DNA of 64,000 nt from Torpedo marmorata (Eukaryota). Of the stretch, positions 46,201 through 60,531 are shown one piece after another. Positions within the stretch are counted from its first letter, which is position 1; each line of letters opens with the position of its first letter. The stretch lies in contig OZ360219.1 in the NCBI GenBank assembly GCA_977017645.1, positions 254,200,001 to 254,264,000 of the forward strand. The letters run 5' to 3'. The notes under the pieces were generated by a model. It saw only the letters and a list, made by a program, of their open reading frames with translations. It had not been told where the DNA came from and ran no database searches. The translations under genes and the position numbers were made by a program.

Positions 46201-49200
46201 TTGTTCTGTGATTCAATAAATCAAGTTTGAGCATTGTTCCTTTAACCAGAACAGCTTCAGGGAAAATGGAGTAAATCAGATCTGGTTGTTCTGTGTGTAG
46301 ATAAGAACTGTCATTAAAAATTACATTGGGGATGAATTTTGCCATTGCACCACTATTGACCTCATTTGTGGGTATTTTAAGGTGAAAAAAATACAAGGCA
46401 AATTAAAAGTCCTGAAAATTCAGGAGTGGAATTCTACAGAAGGCACAAAGAACCCCAAAATGGAAGCAATGTTGCTCTACTTTAAGTGAAGAGATTTGAA
46501 GCTTCACGACAATTTTAATTTAGATATCTGAAATAATGACTCAAAATGCAGGAAACACTCAACAGGTGCAGCATTCATGGTAGGAGAACAAAGTTAGGGT
46601 TTTCGGTTGAAAACTCTCCCCTTTAAGAATTTCTAGGCCAGTGTATTTGTCAGGAAAATCACTGTGTGATAATAATTGAAATAATATGTGCACAAACATG
46701 AAATGAATGGAGGAGAGGGGGTCACCAGAGAGCAGTAGCAAAATCATTGCTGAACAATGGTACATTTTTCTTCTGCTAACGTCATCCAACAGTACATTAA
46801 TTTACCTACCTGGTTACTGCAGCATTTGAATAAAGCTTCCTCTCAAACAAAATTGTTTTTGTGCTAAGTCCTGTCGAATCTTTTTTTTTCCTAAATGATC
46901 ATGACTGTTATCCTAGATAGGAGTTGGAGAAGTCCAATGACTCCCATTGGTGTGAATTATTTAGTAATATTTTATCTGATAATGGGAGCAGACCAATTAC
47001 CAGAGCAGATTGACAATAATGACATTTACTGCTGTGTACAGCAGCTTCATCAGTATTCTAAACATTCTGATGAGACATTTGGCAAATTGCACAAAAAACA
47101 ATTAAAACTATTTATTACAGACTCTATTTACCCTCCTGATAATTAAAGAGGGGGAAAGACAATTACAATTAGATGTTTCTTTGGACTGCATTATTGAATC
47201 TATGTGGGTGAAGCAGTAATCCTATTGCTGAAGCAGCTAGTCACAAGATTTGTAATGTCTTTGTCGACGTAAATAACAGAATTGTTGTAGAGACAACTGC
47301 AATCTATCCTTCTCTGCTGTCTGTACAACTTGCAGGTAACAATTATTTTGTCTGGGTTGCTTGCAAGGGAATATCACAGATTTCCAATTGTACCAGTCTA
47401 CCAAATTAATGATAATTAGGAAATAAACCCTGGTTATGGTTTGTGCCTGGCTAATGATCACAACATTGATAAAGAATTATCATTAACATTATAGAGAAAT
47501 CAAGTTGCAGAACAAACTAATTTAATGCAGGACCTCACCAAAGAGGAGATGAAAGATAAGTCTGGAACTTGTGATCAGGGGATAATAAACAAAGGTTAGA
47601 AAGGATTGAAGATCACTTTGAAAAGGTACTGTAGATCTAAGGAAATTCTGAGATATAATAAATTAGAATAGTCAGACAATCCTAATTTCAACAGAGTGAG
47701 ATGACAAAGAGGATAATCCCCCTGTCCGTAGAATCCTAGCATATATCATGACAGTTAATGATGGAAGGTGGGGAAAATAAATAAAGTGCAAATTTACCCG
47801 AGTTCATAAGATCATAAAAGCAAGCTGAATCTCAACACCTGGCCACTCTGAGTCACTTCACTGTTAGAAAAAGAATGACATTTTTTCGGTTGTTTTCTGA
47901 GCTGTCAATAACAATAATTGAAATGTTCCACGACAGCCTGCTGCCCTAACATAATCCTTTATCACCTTCATGATATCTATCCCAGCTACCAGACTGTGTC
48001 CATAACTGAAAAGACATTAACTGCCTCAAATTAAACCGTATGATTAAAATGAGAATCACAAAAGACAAAGGTCTCGCGCTCTGATGAAACTTGCTGTCAG
48101 TTAATCCCTCTTTACCATGCTTAAAAATTCCATTTCGTTCTTTGAAATGGAATTATATGTCATCTAATTTAAATTCCAGATTCAATATCTCCTGCACCTT
48201 CTCCCCTCACAATCTGTGATTACATTCTTCATTACTTTTATTGTGGCTGCCTCGGCAACTTTCCTGATTGCATTAAAATTCAGCAGCACTTCAACTTTTC
48301 CCCTCTTTGGGTTTATTACTGTACTAATTTCCCTTCACATCCCTGCTCAATTTTAAATTAATGCAAAATGCCACTAGCGCATTGTGAAAACTGGCCCTCC
48401 CCCCACCATCAAAAGCCTGAATTGTACAAGAACAATGAATAGGTTAGATTGGCACATGTACGCCCACTAAAAATTATGCAGAGTTAATTTTTTTTCCAAG
48501 GTTCTTAACATTTGCAAAATTACATTTTCTTTTAAGCATACTTTTGAAAGGATTAATTCAAAGGCTTCTCTCGACTTTCTTTTGTGATCTGCATGCCTTT
48601 CCGTTACATTATTTTATAACATGAATGCATTTCTACCTAGTTATGATTTAGGCTCAGTTCATTTACTGGGAAAACTATCAAATCATATTCAGCATTGAGA
48701 CTATAATTCTCTATCAGATGTTTGGTGCTCCTTTATGTGATTGAGGGCTTGAACTTTGTAGAATTCCTTCTTGTTTTATCATCAAGCTAAAAACTTTTTG
48801 CTTGAGGAGTAATGGAATTGTGTTAGTGCCTAAGACGGCTGAAATAGACAGAATTAATAGGTTCACGAATTGCTTGCTTCCACTCTGGCAAGGGATGGAT
48901 GAAGTTGGTGAAAAAGTAGATATATTGGATGGATCCTTCAAAAAGGAGCTTTGCAGGAAAACCTTTTCATATGATACCTCAGTTCACTTTTTCAAGAATT
49001 CTTCTAATCAAAGTCCCAAAGTGCATAAACTGTTAGATTAATGCAACAGATGAGGTTTATTTCAAATTTTTGTCCAATTTACCAGTAATTCATTCTCAGT
49101 CAGATTAACAAGTCAATGCTTGACAATAAACACAACTGCACCAGATTCCTGTTTCTGTCCTTTTAAGTTCATGCCTTTGTTAAAATATTCAAGAAAGAAT

Positions 49201-49747
49201 TTGGATTCATCCACATTATATGTTCGCTCACTGACACGTTGATGCCGCTAGCAGTAATTTCCAAGCAATAATAATTAACTTTACATTCTCTTCTGCATTA
49301 TTTTGCCCACAAGAGTATTTTTAGAAATGGCATCCCTGCATGTGTGATCACTTTACCAGTTTAAACCCATAGGGCATTTCTCAAAGTGCTTGTGGACTAC
49401 TGAAAGGTCAAAGCCTGGAAATTGGAGTCTGTCACTATTTGATGGGTTAAGTGGGTGCCATATTTAATGTCAACATCCATTCAGAGAACTCCCTCCAAAA
49501 AGCTGCCAAATTGCAAAAGTTTATTTTTAAGAAATAGTTCTGATGTTTCTTGTTCAGACTGTTAGTGTAGATAAGTAGTTGATGGTCAGCATGGATGGTG
49601 GGCCAAAAGGTCCTTTTATATGCAGAATGGTTCCAGGATTATATTGCATTAAAGTTACATGGGTACCAGCAGCTGCAGCCTGCAGAGATCACCTCATCTT
49701 TGCCTTTAAATATCATGGAAAGTGGGTCTCAACTTTAAAGAACTCAG

Positions 49748-50303
49748 TCTACAGTTTCTACAGAGGTTTGGTGGAAAGTGTGCTGACCGGCTGTATCACA
49801 GTCTGGTATGGGGGCACCAATACTCCTGAGCGGAAAGCCCTGCAAAATGTAGTGGACACAGCCCAGGATATCACAGGCAAAACCCTCCCCACCATCGAGA
49901 ACAGCTAGAGGAACTCTGTCGACGGAGAGCAGCAGCAATCATCAAGGATCCATATCACCCAGCACATGCACTGTTCTCGCTGCTACCATCAGGAAAGAGG
50001 TATAGGTGCCACAATACTTGCACCACCAGGTTCAGGAACAGCTGCTACCCCTCCACCATCAGACTCCTCAACGACAAACTCAATCAGGGACTCATTTAAG
50101 GACTCTTACTTTTGAACTTTATTGATTTTTTTTCTCTCTGTATTGCACAGTCAGTTTGTTTACATTTCTTTATTTGTATACATGTGTACGTTGAGTACAG
50201 TATTTTTGCACTATCAATAAGTGGTAATTTTGCCTCACCCTCAAGAAAAAGAATCTTAGGGTTGTATGTATGTACTCTGACAATAAATCTGAAATCTAAA
50301 ATC
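49748..50303 (+). mobile_element. Rex1/Babar LINE 3' fragment
   Basis: FYRGLVESVLTGCITVWYG..RKALQNVV.TAQDITG; HPAHALFSLLPSGKRYR; tail TGACAATAAATCTGAAATCT. Confidence 0.85.
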
Positions 50304-50914
50304 TATGGCAGCCAAAGAATAAAAGTACAATAGACTGCCATGAAGGGGAGGGAAAATGTAGGGGTGAGGGGCAATATTTTCAGGATGTGTGGCCACATAT
50401 CCACCCAGTGCAGATCGATGTTGGTGTCATGAGTGGCCGTAAGCCACAGCATGGCACAGGCTCATCACTCTGCAGAGATCCCAGCATGGATAACTGCTGT
50501 GCATTGCTGCCTTAAGTACTGTCAATCCAGCACTAATGTGTGCAATGGGTCGAGCATTGAAAACTGTGACAGACAGATGCAGACAGCTGTATATCAATGT
50601 CCCTGCTAGGATCCTTTAATCCACATCTCCCAATCAACATGTTACCAATTTGCTTCTCATTTTACTGTGAGTTAAAGGCAAAGGTTGAAGATTGTACCTT
50701 ATTGCTGTAATTTCGATCAGTGAGGGAGAGATAAGCATTGCACATCTTGACGCAGACAATACATGCGTAAATAACACCAGCTAAATGTCAGTTGCACTCA
50801 GGTGAAATCTTCAGAAGTCCCCAATCAATTTCCACACAGATGGGTTTTTAACAGAAAATGATTGTTATCTTGTTAAATCATCCATAGAATGGCTTATATG
50901 CAAATAATAAATAG

Positions 50915-51345
50915 GCACTTGCACCCACACCTCCTCCCTCACCACTGTTCGGGGCCCCTAACAGTCCTTCCAAGTAAAGCAAAACTTCACTTGTGAATCT
51001 GCAGGAGTCACCTACTGCATCCGGTACTTCCATTGTGATCTCCTCTACATCTGAGAGACTGGACGCAAACTGGGAGATCGCTTCGTTGAGCACCTCGGCT
51101 CTATCTGCCACAATAGCGTGGATCTTACAGTCGCCACCCATTTAAATTCCCCGCCCCATTCCCTTCTTGACATGTCTATCCATGGTCACATGCATTGCCA
51201 GACTGAGATCACCTGCAATTTAGGAGAACAGCACCTCATCTTCTGTCTGGGCACCTTTCAACCAGATGGCATTAACATCCACTTCTCCGGTTTCCATTAA
51301 CCCCCCCTATCTTCTTCCCCCTGTTTCCTTTCATCTATCTCTGTC

Positions 51346-51383
<38 letters not shown>

Positions 51384-51708
51384 CCCTTTTCTGTTAAACC
51401 CCCCCTATCCTTCCCCTGTCTCCTTTCATCTCTCTCTCTTCCCTTTTCCCTCTGTCTCCTTTCACAAAGCCAAAATCAATTCTCACCTTTCCTCTTATCA
51501 TATCCAATTAATACCTTTTTTCTGTTGGTCTGTACTCCTCCCACTCCCATTCTTCCCCCTTTCTTTCCCCAGCCTTTATTTCAGATGCCTGTTTTTTTCA
51601 CTCATACCTTGAGAAAGGGTTCAGGATGAAACATCAGTAATATATCTATACCTCCCATGGGTGCTGCGAGAATGGCTGAGTTCATCCAGAATTTCTGTGT
51701 TTTGACTT
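50915..51708 (+). mobile_element. Penelope-like element 3' fragment (GIY-YIG endonuclease and terminal repeat)
   Basis: FTCESAGVTYCIR..LLYI*ETGRKLGDRFVEHL..VATHLNS..EQHLIFCLGTFQPDGINI. Confidence 0.85.
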
Positions 51709-51735
51709 CATTCAGAGGAGGCCTTTATAGCAATG

Positions 51736-52854
51736 CAATACACAAGAAACTCAACAGGTCCACAAAATCTATAGGAAGTAGGGTAACCAATGTTTTGGGC
51801 CTGAACCCTTCATCAAGGAATGAGCAAGAAGCAGTCAGGTACCTGAATAAAAAGGTAGGGGGAGGGGGGAGGAGAGGAGAGGAGTGAGGAAGAGGCAGGG
51901 AGGGGGGAGCAAAGGCGAAAAGGTAAGAGGTCATAGATGGATATAAGTGGGAGAATGGAAGAAAAAAACTGAGAAGTGATAGAGGGATGGGGTAGCTCTC
52001 TAAATGGAAAGGGGTGTGGGTTGGGAGCTGGAGAAAAGGAGACAGAGGGACAGGGAAAGAGAAGATACTCAGGGGAGGGGGATATTTAATGGAAGCTGGA
52101 GAAGTTGACGTTAATGCCATCTGGTTGGAGAATGCCCAGACGGAATATTAGGTGTTGTTCCTCCAAGTTGCGGGTAGCTTCAGTTTGACTCTGCATGAGG
52201 CATTGGATAGGCATGTTGGCGTGGGAATGGTGTGCGGTATTAAAATAGTTGGCTGCTGGGAAGTGCCTGTTATTGCAGAAGACAGTGCGAAAATGCTCAA
52301 TGAAACAATCTCGCAGTCTGTGTATAGTCTCTCCGATGTAGAGGAAGCCACAACGGGAGCACCATATGCAGTATATGGCTCCTGCAGATTCACAAGGAAA
52401 ATTGACCTATTATTCCTTTTGGGCACTCTCCAACCAAACGGCTTTAACATCCAATTCTCTAGCTTCCGTCAACCCCCCCCCCCACCTCCTCCCCTGAGTC
52501 TCTCTCTTTCCCTATCCCTCTGTCTCCTTCCCTCCAGCTCGCAACCCCCTTCCCTTTCCATTCAGAGAGCGATCCCCTCCCCTTATCACCTCATCTTTTT
52601 TCTCATCTACCCTCCCTCATATATCCACCTCTTACTTGTTAGCTTGTGCTCCTCCCCCTGCCTTTCCCCCCCTCCCTCTCCTTGCCCCACCTTTTTATTC
52701 AGGCATTTGCCTGCATTTTGCTCATGCCTGATGAAGGGCTCAGGCCCGAAACATTGGTTACCCTTTACTTCCGATAGATGCTGGGTGACCTGCTGAGATT
52801 CTCCAGCACTTTTGTACACTACAATCCCAGCTTCTGCAGATTTTCCTATTTCAC
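51736..52854. mobile_element. Inverted two-part Penelope insertion with 15-bp TSD
   Basis: TSD GCCTTTATAGCAATG at 51721-51735 and 52855-52869. A minus-strand arm runs to about 52395 and a plus-strand arm starts at about 52396 (LGTLQPNGFNIQFS). Confidence 0.85.
52723..52762 (+). ncRNA. Degenerate minimal hammerhead-ribozyme core in a Penelope terminal repeat
   Basis: CTGATGA-A-GGGC-TCAG-GCCC-GAAAC at 52728-52752 has the core and stem II intact; stem I and the cleavage triplet are decayed. Confidence 0.5.
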
Positions 52855-53107
52855 GCCTTTATAGCAATGACAGTTTGTTTGTCATGTCTTTATTTTTGGG
52901 GTCTTAATGACAGTGCCCTTCAGCTGAAGTTGATGTCAATGAAATTACAAAGAGTAAAGAATGGAATTTGAGTGTGTGGACACAGTCTCGGTGCTATTGA
53001 CTCTTTTGATTAAAAAACATGCATTATTTTTTTTTATTAGTTTTCTTCCATTTCAAGGTACTCATGTGCTAGGAAATAACTGTGACTGAGAACAGTTGCT
53101 TCATACA

Positions 53108-54056
53108 TTAGAATTTAAGAAATAAGAGCAGGAACAGGACATCTGGCCCATTGAACTGCTCTGCCATTCAATAAGATCATGGCTAATCTGGCCATGGACT
53201 CAACTCCACTCCCCTATAACCCTTAATTCCCCCATTATGCAAAAATCCATCTAACTGTCTTAAATAGATTCAATGCGGCTGCCTTTACTGCTTCAATAGG
53301 TAGAGAATTGCACAGATTCACTACTCTCTGGGAAAAACAATTCCTCCTCATTTCCAACCTAAATTTACTCCCATGAAACTTGAGGCTATTTCTGCAAGTT
53401 CTAGTGTTACCTACCCGTGGAAACGACTTTCCTGACACTATCTTGTCCATCTCTTTCATCATTTTATTTGTTTCTATAAGATCCCCTCTCATATAGTACC
53501 AAGCAACTCAATCTCCCCTCATTGGCTAACCCCCTCATCTCCAAAATCAAACATGTGAACCTCCTCTGTACTGCTTCCAAAGCAAGGATATCCCTTCTCA
53601 AGTAAGGAGACTAGAACTGCATGTAGTACTCCAGGTGTGACTGCACCAGTACCCTGTACAGTTGCAGCAGCACCCCCTGCTCTTAAAGTCAATCACTGCA
53701 GCAATAAAGGCCAACATTTCATTTGCCTTCTTGATTACCATGCAAACCAACCTTTTATGATTCATGCACAAGCACTCCCAAATCCCTCTGGCCAACAGCA
53801 TGCTGCAATCTTTCACCATTTAAATAATAATCTGATTTACTATATTTTTCTTCCAAAGTGGATGACTTTGCATTTACCAACATTATTCTCCATCTGACCG
53901 ACCCCAGCCCACTCATTTAACCTGTCTATATCTCTCTGCAGACTCTCCACATCCTCAGCGCAATTTGCTTTTCCACTCAATTTATTGTCATCACCAAATT
54001 AGATACACTGCACTCAAAGTCTCCTCTTCTAAACCGTTAATGTGTATACATGAACA
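53108..54056 (-). mobile_element. CR1 3' fragment
   Basis: MRGDLIETNKMMK..RRNCFSQRVVNL; KKANEMLAFI. Confidence 0.85.
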
Positions 54057-54459
54057 AGAATTAAGGACAATATGTGTAACTACTTGGACAGCACAGCCAA
54101 AAACAGTCTAAACCCCCAAAAAGGTGCATTTTAACTGCTGGGTGAAGAGCCACCTGAACATATAAACCAATTGATCTGTGGGAGCAACTGGTCTAATTTA
54201 TCAGCCTAGCTTTGCTTACATGAACCAGGCAAACTATGGAGTTTCTGGCTAGGTAATAGAGGGAGACCATTGCAAATGTTTTGAGCCCCTATTTCTTATT
54301 TTGTGTTTCATAACGTTGGAGACGGGGGCCAGTTGTTCCTTTGAGTCTATACTTTCTCTCAGAGCACTCACCTTAATCCCATTTGTCCCATTTTTTGTCC
54401 TGTCCCCTTTTCTCTCTTTCATGCCTATCCGCTCCACCCCAATTGACATGCCCCCTACC

Positions 54460-54570
54460 TATGCCAGGAGTAATTTACAGCAGCCAGTAAACCTACCAAT
54501 CAGCAATATCTTTAGGATATGGAGCAAACCAGAGATGGTGAAAACCCACACAGTCACAGGGAGAGATGTG
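54460..54570 (-). mobile_element. V-SINE fragment
   Basis: AATTTACAG..AAAACCCACACAGTCACAGGGAGA. Confidence 0.55.
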
Positions 54571-55299
54571 AGGACTGAACTCACTTTTGTGGGATTTTGT
54601 GGTGTGCATTCTGACAGCCACGCATCCTGTTTCATCTGAATGTAACATTAATAGTGAATGCTGTTATGATGGTTTCAGGATCCTAGTTAAATGCTCTGCA
54701 TATATAGTTATGAGCTTAGCAAATGTTGCAGTTGCCTCAGAAATGAATGATTCTAACCAAATACTGGTCAGAAGCAAGAATCTTAAATGTGCGGGTTTCA
54801 CTTTAACTCCCTTTCTATCCAGCTTATAAATTGAAGAGACAACTAAAATTATCCCGTCTACTGCCCATATTTAGCACTTTTCAGTAAGGTCACTACACTT
54901 TAGGTAATTAGAGCAACTTACTGATTTTACCTATCCCCAGTCCATTGAGCGTTGAGGCCAATTGCACTGCTTTCCAAATCTACTCTGGCTGAGATCAGCA
55001 AACTCAATTCATGCCAGCAATCAAACCTGGGACCTTACTGATAGGTGTGACTCAGAAACACACCAGATGGTATTGCTGCAGATTTGGATCTGTCCTTGAT
55101 ATTTTTTTTCTTTTCTTCAGATCAGCCAATCCTTGAGCAGTCTGAGTTACTATATTTTATGGAATTTAACTAATTTGCCCACTATCTACTTGTACCAGGT
55201 TTAATGATTGTATTCTTTGGTAAGCTGAAATGTACAGTTGCCTTTTGGTTTCATAATTCTTCAATCTCTTTTTGGACAAGTTACTCAAAAGAGCTTATA

Positions 55300-55610
55300 T
55301 ATAAAAAAGCAGCCTCTATCCTCAAAGACCCCCACCTCTTCACTCTGCTTCCATCGGGAAAAAGGTACAGGAGCCTAAAGACGAGCACTCAACGGCACAA
55401 GGACAGCTTCTTCCCCGCTGCCATCAGATTCCTGAATGATCAATGAACCAAAGACACTGCCTTACTTTTCGTGCACTATTGTTTATAATTTTTTATAGTA
55501 ATGTTGTTAGATGGTTAATATGAATGTTAATTGCACTATGATGCTGCTGCAAAACACCGAATTTCATGACTTGTTCATGACAATAAATTCTGATTCTGAT
55601 TCTGATTCTA
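55300..55610 (+). mobile_element. Rex1/Babar LINE 3' end
   Basis: AASILKDPHLFTLLPSGKRYRSLKTSTQRHKDSFFPAAIRFLN; tail GAATTTCATGACTTGTTCATGACAATAA(ATTCTG)n. A minus-strand tail copy lies at about 62799-62895. Confidence 0.85.
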
Positions 55611-58600
55611 ATGGTCGAGAAATTCCTCCAAGGCAAGGCAAATATTTTGAGCACTGTACAAATATTATCTAAAACACAGTCATTAACTGCAACCTGATCC
55701 TTTGTGTATGGGTGTTGCACTTCTAAAAATTTGATCAGTTTTTCCATGGTTATTATGTACACATGCAAAGGGCTCTGGGATTTTACAGACAGGTCAAGTT
55801 TCTTAGCATCACTTACACAAAATTATTTTGAGCATTCAAGATCCACATTTAGAATTGTAAACTAACAGGTGGTCTTAACTGGAAAGATGAGAGCTACTGT
55901 TTCAGGTTTAGCTAAAGGAGACTGAACCCACAATCTGCTGTCACAAAATGAAAACATCTGGTAATTTGCAAGTTTTAGGTGCAGTGTTTTCTCTTATACT
56001 GCCTGTCCCCCTTGCTGCCAATGATCTTCGGGCCTCTGGTGAATGCAACTGGCTTTATCCACCCTAAATTTGGTTCAACTGATTGTCCAACTTTCCCAAT
56101 CCTTTCACCAGCTCTCCACCTGATTACCTTTCCAAACTTTTCCCTCCATCAGCTAATTGTGTGTCATGTACCTTACCTACATTCTGACTGAGTGCTTTTC
56201 CTCACAGTCCCCTTTGTCCTTTCCTAATGCTGTATCAGCCTCTTGCTATCAACTACCTAATTTCACTATCCTAGATTACCAACAGGGCATACTTCCTCTT
56301 GAGCTTCATACTCAACAGGTGACCAAGAGAACCTGCATAAAATAATAGAAGCTCATGGGGAAGGCACACATCTTTCCTAGGTAAAATAACATTTTGATCA
56401 ATAACTGTATTTCATATTAAAATAAACAGAAAAAATCAGGTTTGATCAGAGAACTTACTCCAATTGGTACATTATATAGTTTCAATGATAAAATAAAACC
56501 TAACAGTTTTAAAAATCTCACATACAGTATGTGTTTATAAAGCAAATTTTGTAATTTGGTCTCTTTTAATTGAAACCTCATGGGATTACCTGAATATGGT
56601 GCTGTCCTTGATAATTCTAATATTATACATGACCAGCCTCCCTACTGTAATTTGTACAACCCCCAATGTCTGCCTTTTGATTGTGCAAATATATCAAGTT
56701 TAGACTGCATATTTTGGTGTCTAGCTTGTCACAAACTGCTTAAAATATATATTCAGATAATTTCCCATATTTTAATTTTTCTCAGTCGTTTATATTTCTA
56801 ATAACTAAAATATGGACTGAATTAACAGTTAAACACGAAATAAATTTTACACACAATTGAACTGAGGCCTTTGTGACATTCTTGGCAAAAGCCTGGATTT
56901 GCAATCAATATTTCCCAGTCTGAGATCCTGAACTATATTTGGATTATTTACTTTGTTTATGTACTGTGTACCTTCATCCCAGAATGCATTGGTACCCATT
57001 CATTGCTTGGTAACCCATTTCCTTTTGACCCCAGAGCCTGCTTTTTAGTAGCTCAAATTATTGTGCAAACAAGAAGCACATTCCAAAAGTTTAATTGAGG
57101 TAAATTGATATTGCTTCTCTCAAAAAAAGTGATTAAGAGGAACAAAGATTACTTTGCTTAATTTAAAAGCCTAACATTTTTCTTTTATGTTCTCCAAGAT
57201 TTGCCATGTGTGGGATAGATAGAGAAATTGACATCACTGAAACAATGGGAAAGAGAATCATTCTTCATATTAAAGGTAATTCAACTTTTCAAAGTAATAA
57301 CTTCATGTATCTTTTGTGAACAGTTTGAAAGCATAAATGGTCCAATTCTTAAACTTGAGGGGAGAGAAGGAAAATAACAGGAAGTTGTACCATTAAATTG
57401 TGTCTTCTATATACTCAACTTCTTTTTCCTGCTTTGTTCCATTATTATTCTTATGGGCAAGTACTTCTAAAGCTTCTGAGTAAATATTTGCTTCCTGAGT
57501 TTTTTCATATATCAGGCAGGGTCAAATTTTGCCTTTGCCCTTTCTTTCCCAATCATAAAAAAAAGTTTCTTCACCTCTGATCTATCCAACCCTCATAACA
57601 TTTTACAGAGGTCAATCAGATCACCTTTTAGTTGGCAACATTAAATGGAATCCAAGCCAAGCTGTGTTCTTAATTTAACCGTTTGAGGTATGACTTGTAT
57701 CACAAAACAAAAAGACAGACAATTTGGTTTTGAGTTCCGGTACAGTTGAAAAGAGAAAGGGGCAAGAAGAGGTGACTCAGCCCTTCAGCTTTCTCCATCA
57801 TTCAGTGGTTGTTCTGCAACGAGGTTCCAACAATTTGAATAGAAAGATAACTTTTTGCATGAAACAAATAGGAAGAGATGGAATGAAGTTGAAGAGAAGG
57901 GTGGAAAGCAGCTGAAGTAAGTAGGAGGTGTTCATTAGTATGTGTTACAAGGACCTCACAACTCTGACATTGTATCCCACTAGCTACTTACAACTACGTA
58001 CAACTATGTACAGGCAAGTAAGTACTCGTTATGGAGTCTTGTCACAATATGATAATTACAATATATTCAGATAGTGATATCATCAGCTTACTGTGAATTA
58101 TTTTAAAGCAAATGAAAAACACGTCAAACTGATCTCTTTTAAAAAGTGAAACACCACTCCTTCCAGTGTCCCCTTAACTGGTTTGTGAATATTTTGAGAT
58201 CTCCTCAGGGGTTCCTGAACTGGTGAGGCATCAGGGACTTCACAACTCTGAAATTATATCCCACTGGCTGTAAATATAAACTGGCTATTTATACTCTGGG
58301 ACAACACATTTTTTTCTGATCTGTGGGTGGGCTTATTATCCAAGTCAGACATTATAGGATTTGCATGGTGTTCTATGACAGACTTTTATTTTAAAGTGTT
58401 TTGCAATCCCATTTCTCTTTGTAACTTAATTTATATACTTTCTTGTGAGCTTCTCAAGACTGACTGAATGTCCAAGCATTCTGTTTGCATTGAGCATTAC
58501 TGCTCTTTTCAGTTATTCTAAGAGTTCAAGTCAATATGAATAAATTTCGTAGTAGATGATAGCAAAAGGTGATAGGAACATGAGAAAAGAACAGGAAGTT

Positions 58601-59989
58601 AAAGGGATATTCAAGGAAATGAGATGGGAGAAAGAAGGAGAAAATTATTGGGGATAGAATGGAAAATAAGTAGCCACTTTTTGATGGCATTCAAACGAAA
58701 CAGAACATTCAGCTATTGGTGAATCTTTCACATGTATGTCCAATCTTATCCCAGAATGGAAAGATAATGCTAAGCATTATGAGGGAATTGAAGAGAAGAT
58801 AAACAGAATTAGAAGAGATTAGGAAATCAGAGATTATGAAAAATAACATGTAACTGGGAATTTCCTAATTAGTTTTTGTTATTTCAGCAGAAAGTCTGCC
58901 TACGCATCCATCAGTACTTACCAGTGATTTGAAATCTGTGAATATTTCCAGATGTTTTTTGATCTATGCACAGGAGGTTACCTCATTTATAAAATACGGT
59001 GCATGACTGTGATTTCCATAAAATATACTTATTATCTAACCCAATAAACAGAAAGTAATCTTACTTCTATTTCATGCCTAGGGTGTTCTTTTGCGGCTAA
59101 ATTATACAAGTTATCAAATGATGATCCCGAGCCTTTTCACTTACATAAGTGGCAGCAAATTAATTCTATGCTACTTGGAAGTAACAGTAAGGGAAGTAAA
59201 AGTTACACTTCAAATATGTAGAGGATACTCTTGGTGAGAAACTTTAATACCATCAACATGATTGATCGAATGGGCTAAACTCCTGTTAGTCACTGGCAAC
59301 ATGCTAAGTGGGGCAATTTCAGAACCAATTATAAAAGTGAGTGAACATCCTCTTGCCACTATTGGTTGTAGAATTATTGCTTTGCTACATGTGTGTCCAA
59401 CAGCCAAGTCGGTGTGCTATGCACAGAGATAAGTAGTCCTACGAGCAATGAATCAAATCAAAGCTGTAATATCTTGTCACAACTAATCTTGTGTCATGAT
59501 GGACAATTCATTTCTGAATTAAATAAAATCCATGAACACCCCCATGTTCAGAGCCCCAGGACTTAGCTGCATGGTTTGGGGACAACCTAGGGTGTCCTTT
59601 TGCAGCCAAATTATACGTGTGAACAACCTCAGTTGTTTCATTAATGATCCTTCTTCATCATAATGTCTGAGTTGGGATATTTGCTGATATTTGTTTACTA
59701 TTCAATCCATTTGCAACTCCTCAGATAATAAAGAAGCCATGTCTGCAAGCAGAAAGACCAGGAAACCATTTAGGTTTGAGCTGATAAGAATGAGGTAATA
59801 TGAGCTGTGTGCAATTACCAAGCAATTACCAATCTTATCTCCTGAAAGAGAATGTCTAACCACTTCCCTTGATTTTGATGACATTACCATCAGGATCTTC
59901 TGATGACATTACCATCAGAATCTTCATCATCAATATCTAAAGGATCATGATTACTTAGAAACACTCAACCAGCCACATAAATACAGAGA

Positions 59990-60420
59990 TTTTAAGAGTG
60001 GGTCAAAGACAGAGAATTCTGTCACGTCCTAGATTCCTAAAGCCTTTTCAACATCTTCATCAAACAAACCAGGGGTGTAATGTAATTGTGTTCACTTCCC
60101 TGAATGAGGGCAATTCCAATGATATTCAGAAAGTTTGACACAATCCAGTAGTAAAAATGATGATGCTTTCATCAATCTAAACCTTCAGCCCACCTTCACT
60201 GGAACACTGTGGTTGCAGAGTACACCAGCCACAGCATGCAATGCAACAATTCAAAAAAGCAACTTGTTGATCAATCCAACAGGGCACTTTGACTGCACCT
60301 CCAAAGCTCATGACATTTGACACCAGCAAGAGCAAGGACAGTTGTAACATACCATTCATGACTTTGAAATATTTCACTGTTACTTCATAATTAGTGGGAC
60401 CAGAACTCTTCCCAATTGTG
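59990..60420 (+). mobile_element. Old CR1-like LINE 3' relic
   Basis: CCTAAAGCCTTTTCAACATC..GAAAGTTTGACACAATCCAG, a degenerate match to an elasmobranch CR1-type RT end. Confidence 0.45.
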
Positions 60421-60531
60421 CTGTGGGATTAATGTCTCAACACTGACGACTGACTGTAGAAACTCTTGACAGCAACTCTCCAATACCTTAGAGACCTACA
60501 TTCATAGAGACGTACAGCACAGAAACAGGTA

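Noticed and set aside
47067-47090. CTGATGAG motif as a hammerhead core
   Set aside because: No stem II followed by GAAA.
49579-49908. Host gene exon (ALKBH8-like N-terminal motif ESVLTGCITVWYG)
   Set aside because: This motif belongs to the Rex1/Babar RT C-terminus and is followed by the LINE tail.
59877-59926. 25-bp tandem duplication (TGATGACATTACCATCAG.ATCTTC) as a CRISPR-like or snoRNA signal
   Set aside because: Two adjacent copies with no spacer in vertebrate DNA; simple slippage duplication.
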